From the human T2T-CHM13v2.0 reference genome, Homo sapiens, in NCBI RefSeq assembly GCF_009914755.1, contig NC_060944.1: DNA of 64,000 nt; one strand, 5' to 3'. Position 1 is the stretch's first letter; each line of letters starts with the position of its first letter. The notes beneath the pieces were generated by a model. It saw nothing but the letters and a program-made list of their open reading frames with translations. It did not search any database and had not been told where the DNA came from. This document shows, piece by piece, positions 14,600 to 27,225 of this stretch. Both the position numbers and the translations under genes were made by a program.

Positions 14600-15780
14600 A
14601 TTAGGTCTTGTTTAGCTGCGAGAAACAGAGACCTCATGCTAACTCAAGCAAAAAGGTGGTGTTGTAAAGAAAATAGATTACCCAGAATCCTAGGATAGGA
14701 AACACAAGAAGACCAAATCCTAGGAGCCTGAAAGTGGACAGCACCTGTCTGTTTCTTGCCCTGAGATGGGGATTCTTCTGCAAGTAATTTACTCATGGAG
14801 GCTCTCAGGAGGAAGGGAGAGAGGGAAACAGGACAAGGAAAGGGAAAGAAGCCAAGCAAGGATGTCATACGGGGTGGAGAACAACTTCGCCCTGATGCCA
14901 CAGGGAGCTCAAGTACAAATGGAACCACAGAGTTGGTCCCCTCTTGAGATAAGGAGGCTGGTCTTTAGTGCCCCATGTCAGCCAGTCACTGGCGGCAGCT
15001 TGCTGGGGGAGGGGAACCCACCAACCTGGCCTGAATGCCATTAGGCCAAGGATTTCTATGGACAAGGGACAACTATAAGGCATTAGTGGTCAACACTCTC
15101 AGCAGCCTGAGGGATGGCGCACCTGCCCAGTGAAAAGGAGGTGCACTGGCAGTGCACGCGTGTGCATGCATGTGCATGTGTGCGTGTGTGTATGTACATG
15201 TGTGTACATGTGTGTATGTGTATGCTTGTGTGTGCATGTATGTGCATTGTGTGTGTGCATGTATGTGCATTGTGTGTGTGCATATGCAGGTGTGCGTGTG
15301 TGTGTGTACATGTGTGCTCATGTGTGCGTGTGCATGTGTGTACACGTGTGTACCTCTGTGTGCATGTGCATGTGTGCGTGTGTTTCTCTCTCCCAGGGAC
15401 AACCTCTACTCTAGCATGAGGCATCTCTGTATCTCCTTGTGCCTGGCTCCATTCTCACCTGTGAAGGCAGTTCTCCTTCCCCCACACTGTCCTCTTCTGC
15501 CTTCTAACTCGTTTGCACACGTCTTAAAACAACCAGTCCAGCCCACCAAGGCCTCTTGACCAAAAGGTTTCAACTCCGCAACCTCATTGTTTAAGCCTCT
15601 TAGCCAAATTCCTGAGCGAGAAATCCAATTAGCCACACCAGTCACAGGTCCCAGTCAACAGACAGAGGCACCCTGAAGTCACATGTCCACTCCAGCCATC
15701 AGCTGAGGACTCAAACTACATAATGAAACACAACCAAGAGAACTGGGGAATAAGCCTGTTCTTTGAAAGCTTCAAGTGAA
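14600..15780 (-). mobile_element. Probable LTR33-like ERVL LTR, interrupted by simple repeat
   Basis: ttaggtcttgtttagctgcgagaaacagagacc start; remainder highly diverged. Confidence 0.35.
15151..15382. repeat. Degenerate (TG/CA/CG/TA) alternating purine-pyrimidine tract
   Basis: ~230 bp of tgtgca/tgtg/tatg units. Confidence 0.9.
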
Positions 15781-15899
15781 ACAGGCTGTGATAGAAATTT
15801 CTAGTTCTGCTCATTGGCTGGAATGCAAACTAACATTTCTCTGGCACCAGAGTTGTGTTCCTCCCTCATTACTTCCCCTTTTTAGTGTAATTGTTCAGA

Positions 15900-16110
15900 A
15901 CAAAACTGTCTTGGTTCAAATCCCAGCTCTACCACTAGCTGCTCATAAAACCTCAGACAAGTTATTTAACTTCTCTATGCCTCAGTTTCCTCATCTGGGA
16001 GGTAACATTAATACCTGCCTCGTAGGGTTGTTAGGAGGATTAAATGAGTTAGTATTTGTAAAGCACTTAGAATAATGCCTAGTGCATAGTAAGCATAACA
16101 GAAGTCACTG
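15900..16110 (+). mobile_element. MIR
   Basis: ggttcaaatcccagctctaccact...aagttatttaacttctctatgcctcagtttcctcatctg...gtaaagcacttagaa. Confidence 0.85.
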
Positions 16111-16434
16111 CTAAATAAATGGATACAATAAATGCATTTTTCCAGCTCTCAGCAGGAAGGCAGAGATGAACGGGGTAGCCCTTGGAATGGAAGCTGACCA
16201 GCACTCCAGAAACTATTGACACATTGAGCTGTCTGGGATGGAGCCCTGGGAGACAGACAGCAATGTTACCAGTGTGGCGTGGGCAAGAAAGATGGTGCTG
16301 TTCCCTTTCCAGGAACTCAGCTCCATGGCAACTTGAGCTGGCTGGGGCAGCATGGATGTCAAAGCTCATGAGAATCCCTGGGAATAATAGCGACCAATAT
16401 TTCTAGCATTCTGCTGTAGATAATATAGGTGCTT

Positions 16435-17206
<772 letters not shown>

Positions 17207-17406
17207 GTGCCTTAGTCTGCACCAGGCACCATGCTGTTCACTTCACAGGCCTTAGCTCAATTATCCTCCCTCCCATCCTGTGAGGTAGAAGTTGTGCTGT
17301 CCCACTTCACAGAAAACTCAAGCACAGAGCCAGTAAGTACTGTCTACAATCACACAGTTAGGAAAATGCAGTTCTAGACCCTGGGCCATCATCGAACTGA
17401 ACGATG

Positions 17407-17543
17407 CCTTGCACACAGGAAGTACTCATGTGGCATGCGGGAAGCCCTCACCTGACAAGCGGGAAGCCCTCACCGGACACATGGGAAACACTGACCTCGC
17501 ACGTGGGAAACACTCACCTCGCACGTGGGAAGCCCTCACCTGG
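17407..17543. repeat. 22-bp minisatellite, 6 units (consensus cctggcacgtgggaagccctca)
   Basis: Units start at 17407, 17429, 17451, 17473, 17495, 17517. Confidence 0.9.
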
Positions 17544-17742
17544 TCATGCTGCTGCCACTCCTCTGTTCTACCTCCCTCTTGAGACCAAAGGCCTCACTAA
17601 CAACCAGTCCATCAAAGCTTTGAGAAGGAGTCAAACTGCCCCACTCTGGGGAATATCAGGTAAGAAACCAGGCCCCAGGGAGAAGCAGGGCTTGCCCAAA
17701 CCCTCACTGTCTCAGGCTCTAAGAAGCAGAAGGACCTAGAAT

Positions 17743-18379
17743 TGTTGTAGGAGTTATTAGGAAATTATTTTAGGCAGATAGAGAGGAAAAGGAGTCCTTG
17801 GGAAGTTTTCATTTTTTAAAGCATCTCTGGAAAAGTTTCTTGCAAAGCCCCAGCTCTTAGAGCCAGGCCGGCAACCTCTGATATGCAAATATAGACCATT
17901 AGAAACCGGGTCCACCCAACATGGCGACTCCAGCCACCTTCTTGCCCTTGCCCCACGTATTCCTGGCAACATGGCTGCCCCCACATATCCCCACATGTGT
18001 AGAACATCATGGTGCCCCGCATTTGCATCTTAAGAGGCTAGGGTGGGAGGGCCAGCTTTTTCTCTGGCTACGTGAATGACATGCCTAGTCAAACCAATCC
18101 CCTGAGCCTTATGCAAATCAGACACCACCTCCTCCAGATTCTGCATATATACCTGGCTGGTATCTGTGGCAGGCGGGTACCTCCTTTTTTGTCTTTGGAC
18201 CCCCCACCACCACCCCCCGCCTCTGTACAGGGAAGCCTCTTCCTGCTGCCATCTCTTCTCTTTCTTGCGCATTAAATTCTCTGCTACTTAAAACCTCTCC
18301 ACGGGTGTCCGTGTCATTTTATCTAAACCGGCGTGAGGACCAAGAACCCTGGTGTTCTTCACTGATCGGAGCCGTATCA
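17743..18379 (+). mobile_element. ERV1 solo LTR (LTR9/MER61 group)
   Basis: tgttgtaggagttattaggaaattattttaggcagatagagagg start, CCAAT, ATTAAA polyA signal, gccgtatca end; flanks gaat/caat. Confidence 0.8.
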
Positions 18380-19009
18380 CAATCATGGCCTCTTTGAGTA
18401 CTTCCTATTTCCTGGCTCCTGCACTGTCCTCCAGCGCCCATTCTTTGTTGAATAGCCCTTCTTTCCCCAACTTGGAGCAAAAGCCTCTCCTTCCTGAGAG
18501 AACCGGAGACCTACTCTTAATTATCCCCTTGAACTGGCAGCCACGTCTGAGGCTTTTCTTCATAGTGGAAAACTGCCTTGCATCAAACTAAAATAAACTC
18601 ACAGCCCCCACTGGGCTTTCACATCTGAGCCACAGACCGGACAATGTTATTATTTTGCATGAGAACCAAAAGATCCACCAACAAAAGAGGCCTAGCAGAG
18701 GAACATCCGAGAAGAAAGAGAGACGGCTGCAAGCACACAAGAGGCACTGCTTTCTCTCCTAAATTACTTCTTTTTAATGTACAAATGGTGAGGATTTTCT
18801 TATTACTGGGGGAAAAATGTTAATTTGTAAAAAACAGGGAATTTTTTTCACCATAAAAGCAAGAAGAAATTGGAATCATCCACAAGCCCAACTCTCAAAG
18901 ATAACCACTGTTTATAAAGAAAAGGAATTCTATTTATGAGTGCACACAGACATGTAAAACTGGTCCTGTTTTTTCTACTAAGTATGTTGTAAAAATGTTT
19001 CTGTGCTGA

Positions 19010-19557
19010 ATCAAAGACTGCTATTTGTGCTCATTTGCGGTTTAGTAACAGAATCCATCAAAAGGTTTTATGATTGTCCACAATTCTTTTAAAAAACCCT
19101 ACTTCCCAGCTGCCTTTTCCATCTAGAGGTAGCCATGCGACCAAGTTCTAGCCAGTGGAAGGGATGGGAGTACTGCACTGAAGGCAATGAAGGGATATGC
19201 CCTCCATTGCCCACTTTTGCTACTTTCAGCTAAAGGGAGTGAAGACAAAGTGTGGACTGTCTTGGATCATGTTCTATAAGATAATAGAAGAAGACTGATA
19301 ACAACATAGATAGACTGATAACAGAATAGACTGATAATGAGACAGAGGGCTGATATGACAAAATAGACTGTTAACAAGATAGAAGGCAGAGGAACAAAAT
19401 ATAAAGAGACTGGGGCCCTGAGTGACCTCATGGAGCAGAGCTACTGCAAGCCCTGGACTGACCATCTCCAAACTGTGAATGAGGAAGAAACTCCCATTTT
19501 CTTTGCTTCATTATAAATTGGGTCTTCTTAACAGTAGCTGACTCTATATTCTAATAC
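19010..19557 (+). mobile_element. MLT1 (H/I/J-like) LTR
   Basis: ctacttcccagc...gccatgcgaccaagttctagccagtgg...catggagcagagctac...ctaataca. Confidence 0.6.
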
Positions 19558-19569
19558 ATGTCTCCAGGT

Positions 19570-19830
19570 CTACCTCTACAATATAGTTTGAATGACTTCG
19601 TATTTTTCATCATATAGATGTTCAATATCAAAATGTATTGAATTCAACTAAGTATAAATTGTTGGTCATTTCTATTGCTTTTAAACTTTTCATAATAAAT
19701 ACCACTGCAATGAATATCCTCATACATAAACCTTGGGTGTATTACTGATTATTTCTTAGGATATATTTATCGAACTAGAACTGCTGGGTCAAACAATGCA
19801 AACTTAAAAAATACTTTTTTTTTCAAGAGT
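19570..19830 (-). mobile_element. L1ME-type fragment
   Basis: ctgcaatgaatatcctcatacataa...atttcttaggatatattt...aactgctgggtcaaa. Confidence 0.6.
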
Positions 19831-20009
19831 ATTATGTTTATTGTAGGAGGGTAGCTTGCTTGAACTTCCACCTGAACATCCTTGTATACAAATTTTTATT
19901 TGCATAGGCTTGCAAGATTTGCCCCATATTTGAATTCATTTTTATTATGCCCTCTCTCCTGTATGTATGGGAAGAAATATAATTAGTCATGTTTCCTAGG
20001 TTCATGTGT

Positions 20010-20180
20010 GTGTAGCCTTAGGGATATTACTTAACCTCTCTCCATTCAGCTTACTTGTTTTTAAAATAGGGGTTCTAAAACTACCCACCTCATGAAGCTA
20101 TGAGAAATACATGAGTTAATATGGGTAAAGCTTTTAGCACCCACCATATAGAAAGTGCTCACCAAACACTAGCTATTATT
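20010..20180 (+). mobile_element. MIR
   Basis: ttacttaacctctctccattcag...gtaaagcttttagcac...gtgctcaccaaac. Confidence 0.6.
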
Positions 20181-20406
20181 ATTTTTATTTTCTAGAATTA
20201 TTTATGACAGTTGCTTTCCATTTAACAATATATTTAGATTTATTCCAGTTCAAACTATTTCAACTCTTACTGCTCACCATTGAAATACTGAATTTCCCAT
20301 TCTTAAGGTGTTTGTTTCAAATCCTGATATATTGAAATGCATTTTCCTGTGCATTTTTCAGGAAAAAAAAATACAAGTGGTATAGTCCCTGTCTTGGCAT
20401 ATCTGA

Positions 20407-20721
<315 letters not shown>

Positions 20722-21769
20722 GAGAATGTTTTCAAATTGTCTTCCAATACCAATGACCTGCTGCTTGGCCATAGAATTTTTGAATAACATTTTCCTTCAA
20801 AGCTTTGATGTCCTATTTTCTTCTGTATTCAATGTTGCAGAGAAATTTGCTGTTAACGCAGTTGGATCTTTCTTCCTTTATTTTTTAAATGTTTACTTTC
20901 ATATATACTTGTAGGATTATTTCTTCAGCCTTGAAATGCAAAATTTTCCCAGGTGGTGAGGAGGGGATGGTTTCTTTATGTTAAATTCATGGGAAGGCTT
21001 TCCATCTGTAGGTTCAAGTCTTTCTTTAGCTCAGTTAAGCTTTCTGCAACTGCACCGTTAGATGCTGCTTCTGCTGCAGCTGCCACCACTGCTAGTATTG
21101 CTGCTGGAACAATGTTCTAGGTTTTGAGTCTGTGTAGCTTCCCCTTCATCTCCTTCATCTTCCCTCTCATTACTTTCAGATCCTCATGTTCTGGGAGAGC
21201 TTCTCAGATATCGAGTCTCGTTGACTTCTTCTCTTAAACAGTTCTTAAATCTGTCTACCTCTCTCCATCCCAGCTACTGCCACCCCAAGAGATCTTCCTG
21301 CTTCTATTCTCATACCTCTACAATTCATTCTCTGCACAGCAAGAGGGGGAAAGGCATCTCTTTTAAAATGTAAACTGTGTCATTCTTCTTTCATGTTGTA
21401 TCATTCTTCAGTGGGTTTTTTTGTTGCATTTAGAATAAAATCGAGTCACATAACGGCCTCCAAAACACTGCATGGTTCAGCCTTGTGGGTCCAAAGCGAT
21501 GTTTATCAGCCTTTCCCACTCAGGCCTGTTAGAGTTGGTAGCATTGTAGGATGGGTGCAGAGCTTGGAGTGGTAGGAAAAGTCTAAGAAGGTGGAGATTC
21601 TCTTATGGAATACACTCCACACACAGCTATCAGGACAAGGATAAAAAGAGATGAAGATGCAGGAAATGAGGCTTGGTATGGAGGAATAAGTCGTCACTGT
21701 TTTGAAGGGCCAGCAGGTTCCAGGTCCTAAAAGTATTTCTGGATCAGACTAAGAAGGTAATAAAGAGTG

Positions 21770-21975
21770 TATTTATTGAACATCTGCTATGAACAAACAT
21801 TGCTCTACATTAGCCCATTTAATCTTCACAACTTTACTAATTATCTCCATTTTTAATAAAGAAAGGGATACTCTGAGAAGGTGAATAACTTGCCCAAGAT
21901 CCCATGGCTAACAAGGAGTGGAGACAAAGATAAAATGCAGGTCTGCATGATTTCAAAATTTCTAATCTTTCCCCT
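21770..21975 (-). mobile_element. MIR
   Basis: atttattgaacatctgctatg...tttaatcttcacaac...gtgaataacttgcccaagatc. Confidence 0.7.
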
Positions 21976-22327
21976 GTAACTTGTGTCCTCCCTAAAATGT
22001 GAGCTGCAACGTGGCAGCTGGTGACAGAGCCATGTGAAAGTGGAAGGCTTGAATAGGTCTTTTAGAGAAAAACCAACTTCTTGCACTGTTTCAGAGACCT
22101 TCAGCCTGGTCAGAGTAGGCTAGATAATAAATAGATCCCAAAATGCAGCAATCCAAGCAGATATTCCTGGCTGGAGGACAACTTTTTCCATGTTCCCTCC
22201 TATGGATCCACCAGCCTTGTCATCAGAGGTAGCCTCCTAGAAGAAGGAGGCTGGTCATCATCTGCTCTTCAAATGCAAGAAGATCTGCTGAATGACTTCA
22301 AGATCTTTAGAGATGGTACAGTTGCTA

Positions 22328-22618
<291 letters not shown>

Positions 22619-25600
22619 TCAAATGCCCAATTGCATTATGCTTGAGCAAGAAACAAAACTTTTACTCTTGAAAAGCCACTGAGATGTTGGAGTTGTTTGT
22701 TACAGCAACCAGCATGAGTTACACCAAATAATACAAATAATATCACAGGTTAAAAAAACTAAGGCTCCAAAAGGCAAGGTGCATATTATGTCATTCTCAT
22801 GTTAAGTTCAGGGCTCCTTCCCCAGGGACACCCTGTCCTAGTGACCTGCAGCTAGTCCTGGTTCAGGCTTCAGCTCTCTATGGAACTCAGGGAAATTCAC
22901 TTCCCCTTTGGGCCTCAGTTTTTGCATTTGCAAGATAAGGGCTTTGCCTTAGTTGGTGGCAAGGGGCACTCTGAAGCCATCTGACTACTGCCCACAGCCC
23001 AAATGCATCATTCCATAGTAACATGTGCAGTCACCACACCCGTTGGGTCATTGAGTCATTCCTTGTAAGAAGAGGGTCAAAACTTTTTTCCCCAAAAGAG
23101 TCATTCCAGCTTATTATAGAATCATCTACATTTAGAATGCCTTTACAGTAACCATGGAAACAATAGCATGTGTGAGGAACAAACTTTATTCTAAATCTGC
23201 TGATGAGGATGAAGAAATGGCTCCTTGTGTGGACCTCAGCAGGCCCAGCATGGTTCTGCTCTCTCCTCTGTTGGGGCTCGACTTGGCTGCTGGCCATAAG
23301 CAGCTAAGGCCAGGAAGAAAAAGACTTTCCTGGGGGAGATGACCAATATCTAGACTAAATTTTGCAAGATGAACCAAGGCCTTCAGTAAACCTCCAGTGA
23401 TCTGGAAGAATAAATTGTATTTCTTTTCTGCCTGGCCCCCATTGGCCCAGTACAACCTGAAGGCAGAGGACAGAATGGCTGTTTGACACAATCCATGGTA
23501 ATCACCTCCAGGACACAGAGAAGGGAAGGGGAGAGTACAGCATAGATATAGAGGGACAAACAGAAGGTGCCCAGCACACCTTCAGAGCACTCGTCCCCCC
23601 TTGTAACTTAGAGGGGGGGTCTCTAAGTCCATGTGATTATTTAAAGCCTGTGTTTCCCATTCAACCCTGACCTCTATTAAGAGCATGAACTGGGCTCATT
23701 CCTAACAGCTAGCATAGCACCTGCACATAGAAGGTACCTATAAATATTTACTGAGTAGTGAATGAAAAAATAAATGGCTACATGACTGAGCAAACTCCTC
23801 AGTATGAAGAACACACACACACTAACTCCTCTAGGGAAGACCCCAGGATCACTCAGGACCCTTTCTTCTCAAACCCAGAAAGCTGAGGAACAGCTATCAC
23901 TGAGCATCAAACATCACCCTCTATTCCTTTGTCACTCAGCCTGGAACTCAGCCCTGCCCCAGGCAGGGGCTGAGCTGGTTCATGCTTCCCTAGCATACTA
24001 CACTTCTCCCACTGACTCAGAGCTGGTCCCCACTACCCATACTGCCAGACTCAGTATAGCAAGGGACCTCCAGCACTGCTGTCCACCAACTCCTCTGGCA
24101 AGTCCTGCCCACCTGCCACGTCTGACCCCTGCATGTGAATACCAGCCTAATTGACCTGAGGTCACTGTGCCCCCTCTGATAGTGTGGTTAAGACGATGGA
24201 CTACCCACTGCTCAATCCTATGCCGAATTACACCACACTCCACCAGGCCACACCTAGCCCAGTCTCACTCTCTTTCCCATGTGGCTACTGCTGAAGTCCC
24301 AGAATTCCAAATGTCAATTTCAGCATAGCATCCAATCAGTCAAGTAGCTAGGGAAAGCCAGGAGGGGAATCAAGATCTGTAGGCTTTGCTCTTGGGGCAA
24401 GTTCAAACCAATAAGGTCTGGCTTTGCCTTCCTGACTCCTCCTACATGGAAAAGGATACCAAGTCTGCTATGTATAGTTGTAAAAGTTGTTCACTGCACA
24501 AAGGTGCCCAGTTAAATTGAACAGTGAGGGTTCAAATCCAGCCTGTGTTCTACTTGCCAAGCTATGTATCCTGGCCTGGGCTGGGTCTTCCCAACAGAAA
24601 GGATGTCTTCTTTCCACTTGCACTAAGGTGCCATATAGGCTAGGGAGCCACCTTGAAACAAATCCTACTGGAAATCTGGGCAAAAAAGTTCATGTTTAAC
24701 AGGACTGGGGCCTGGAATAGTCTCTTTATATCTCTGATTTTCAGGAAGGCTGATGGCTTCGAGGCCAGTCCTTCCTGTAGAAATTCATTACACAAGAAAA
24801 GACCTTCTAGAGTAACAAAAGATATTGCAATTACATTTATCAAAGAAAGCATGGCAATCAATGTCTTATGCACAGACCATGTTTCAAATGCCCTTAATCA
24901 ATGGCTGTGCTAATTACACATTTATTGCAATTAATTTCATTTCAATTCTACTTTAATCATTAACCTTGAGTGAGATTGGGCAGATCAGAGAGTTTGTGTC
25001 ACCACAGGGCCAGGACCCAGGGATAAGTTGCCGTCCTTCGATTGAAAGATGCCGCTCCATTAAAAGTTGGTTTATTGGCTCAAGGCCTTTTTGCAGGGGG
25101 AGGGAGTTAGTTTCTCCAGGGAGGCAATTCATAATGTGAGTCTGAAATTGAACACAGGAAGGCAGGCAGCTGTGCTTACGAATTAACTAGAGCTGATGTT
25201 TAATTTGCTTCTTATTGATGCCATTTCCTCACTGGTTCATTAGCTGTAGTTGGAGAATAAATGCCTTCACAGTTCATTCTTTATGATGTCCTCAGCTTCT
25301 GGGTCAGCCTCATTTGTTCCTTATCTTCCCTCCAAAAGAGGGCTCTCTCTTAGCCTCTCCTCATGTCTAAAGGCTCATCTGTGAATTTCTGGGGCAGGGC
25401 CTTGGCTTCAGTCTCTGCACAGAGCAGGGTCCCCTTGGTATCTACAGTGTCTGCCCACTGAGACTACCAAGGATAATGCCATTGCAACAGTCCAGATAGG
25501 GGTGTTGGAAAATAACTTGCCCTGTGGCAAAGCAGAAACAACTTGTAGGATAATAGAACTCGGGCTTTGGAATCCCTCAGACCAGGGTTCAAGTCCAAGT

Positions 25601-25629
25601 TCTGATACTTCTTAGCTCTGTGGTCCTGG

Positions 25630-26084
25630 TGTAGTAGGACGAGCCACAGACAAAACCCCTCAGACACCGAGTTAAAGAAGGAAGGGCTTTATTCGGCCGG
25701 GAGCATCGGCAAGACACACGTCTCAAAGACTCAGCTCCCCAAGTGAGCAATTCCTGTCCCTTTTAAGGGCTCACAACTCTAAGGGGGTCCATGTGAGAGG
25801 GTCGTGATCGATTGAGCAAGCAGCGGGTACGTGACTGGGGGCTGCATGCACTCGTAATTAGAATGGAACAGAACAGGACAGGGATTTTCACAGTGCTTTT
25901 CTGTACAATGTCTGTAATCTTTAACATAACTGATTCGGTCAGGGGTCGATCTTTAACTACCAGGCCCAGGGTGTGGCGCCGGGCTGTCTGCCTGTGGATT
26001 TCATTTCTGCCTTTTAGTTTTTACTTCTTTCTTTGGGGGCAGAAATTGGGCATAAGACAATATGAGGGGTGGTCTCCTCCCTTA
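25630..26084 (-). mobile_element. HERV-E solo LTR (LTR2/LTR2B), inserted in a MIR
   Basis: Reverse complement of TAAGGGAGGAGACCACCCCTCATATTGTC...CTCGTCCTACTACA; perfect 4-bp TSD ctgg (25626-29/26085-88); CpGs retained. Confidence 0.9.
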
Positions 26085-26449
26085 CTGGGAAGACAGGTTA
26101 ATCTCCTGAGTCAGGTAAGTGTAAGACAACCATGCCCAGCACTTGGAAGGAACTCAAAAAGTTCAACTGCCTTATGCAATAAACCCTTCTCTAGGGTTTA
26201 CAGCAACCACACCTTAGCAAGATTTTTTACTCCCAGGAGGGAAGACCTTTCTACAAAACATTTCTTTCACTAGCCCAGGAGGAAGGAAATGTAGAGATTT
26301 TCTGGTCTAGACCTTCATCTTAAAGTTGGGGAAGGAAGGGAAAGCTTGAGGTCACATTGGGAGTTGGTACCAGAACTGGACTATAGCCAAGTCTCCTAGT
26401 TCTCAATTCTAGAGCTTTCCTACCACATCACAAGCTAGCCTCTTTGAAC

Positions 26450-27225
26450 AGTGATTTGTCAGTATCTGGTAAAGATTGAAAATATACAAATATCCCATGT
26501 ATGTGCTCATGGAGAAAAGAATAAAAATATTTACTGCAGCATCATCCATCATCAAAAATAAGTACTAACTTAAATAGCCCTCCATAGAGAAACACAGAGA
26601 CCTGGAGACTAAGAAACCAGTCCTTGAAGTCAAGCTGACTCTGCTTTTAGCCTCCTAAATTAAAAGATAGATAGAATAGGTCTTGTTTGCAAAATAAATT
26701 CAAGATCTACTCATCTATCAATAGCAAAAAAAAAAAAAAAAGAGAGAGAGAGAAATGCAGAGGCAAATTGTGATGTGTTCATAAGTTGGAATACTATACA
26801 GCCATTAAAATGGATATACCTGATCTATATTATCAGCATGGATTAATTTCTAAAGCATAATGTTTGAATTTTAAAAAGCAAGTTGCAGAATATTTATAGC
26901 ATGATACCACGTTAATTTTTTAAATTCACAAATTCAAAGAGATTATAAATATATCCATATGTAATTTAGATATTAAAGCATAGGCAGGAAGAATATACCA
27001 ACCTGAAGGGAGTGGCCACCTGGAAGAATGGGAGAATGGGATCAGGAGAAGCATAAAGAGGACTTCAGCAATAAGGGTAGCATTTGACTTATCTTTTGAG
27101 AAAGATTTGACACATATTGGATTAAATGTGCTCATCTGTTCATATTGGGTGGCAAGTCCTTGGTCTTTTTGCTTTCCAAACTTCTCTTTCTGCTTGAAAT
27201 TTTTATCACCCATGAAAAATAAAAT
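26450..27225 (+). mobile_element. L1ME-type 3' fragment (host of scaRNA retrocopy)
   Basis: ggaatactatacagccattaaaa...catggattaatttctaaagcataatg...aaagcaagttgcagaa. Confidence 0.65.
26602..26741 (+). pseudogene. SCARNA15: Processed retrocopy of box H/ACA scaRNA SCARNA15 (ACA45; miR-1839 host)
   Basis: ctggagactaagaaa..agtccttgaagtcaagctgactctgcttttagcctcctaaat..tagatagaataggtcttgtttgcaaaataaattcaaga..caatagca matches ACA45 as I recall it, end to end; A16 tail; 16-bp TSD 26586-26601/26749-26764 (13/16). Confidence 0.88.

Noticed and set aside
15073-15559. His/Thr- and Cys/Val-rich ORFs in all frames
   Set aside because: Artefact of the TG/CA simple repeat, which lacks stop codons
17407-17543. 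CRISPR-like regularly spaced repeat
   Set aside because: Units are contiguous with no unique spacers, in a eukaryotic context with no cas genes
25812-26273. 153-aa ORF
   Set aside because: Antisense read-through of the LTR2 solo LTR; no gag/pol/env similarity
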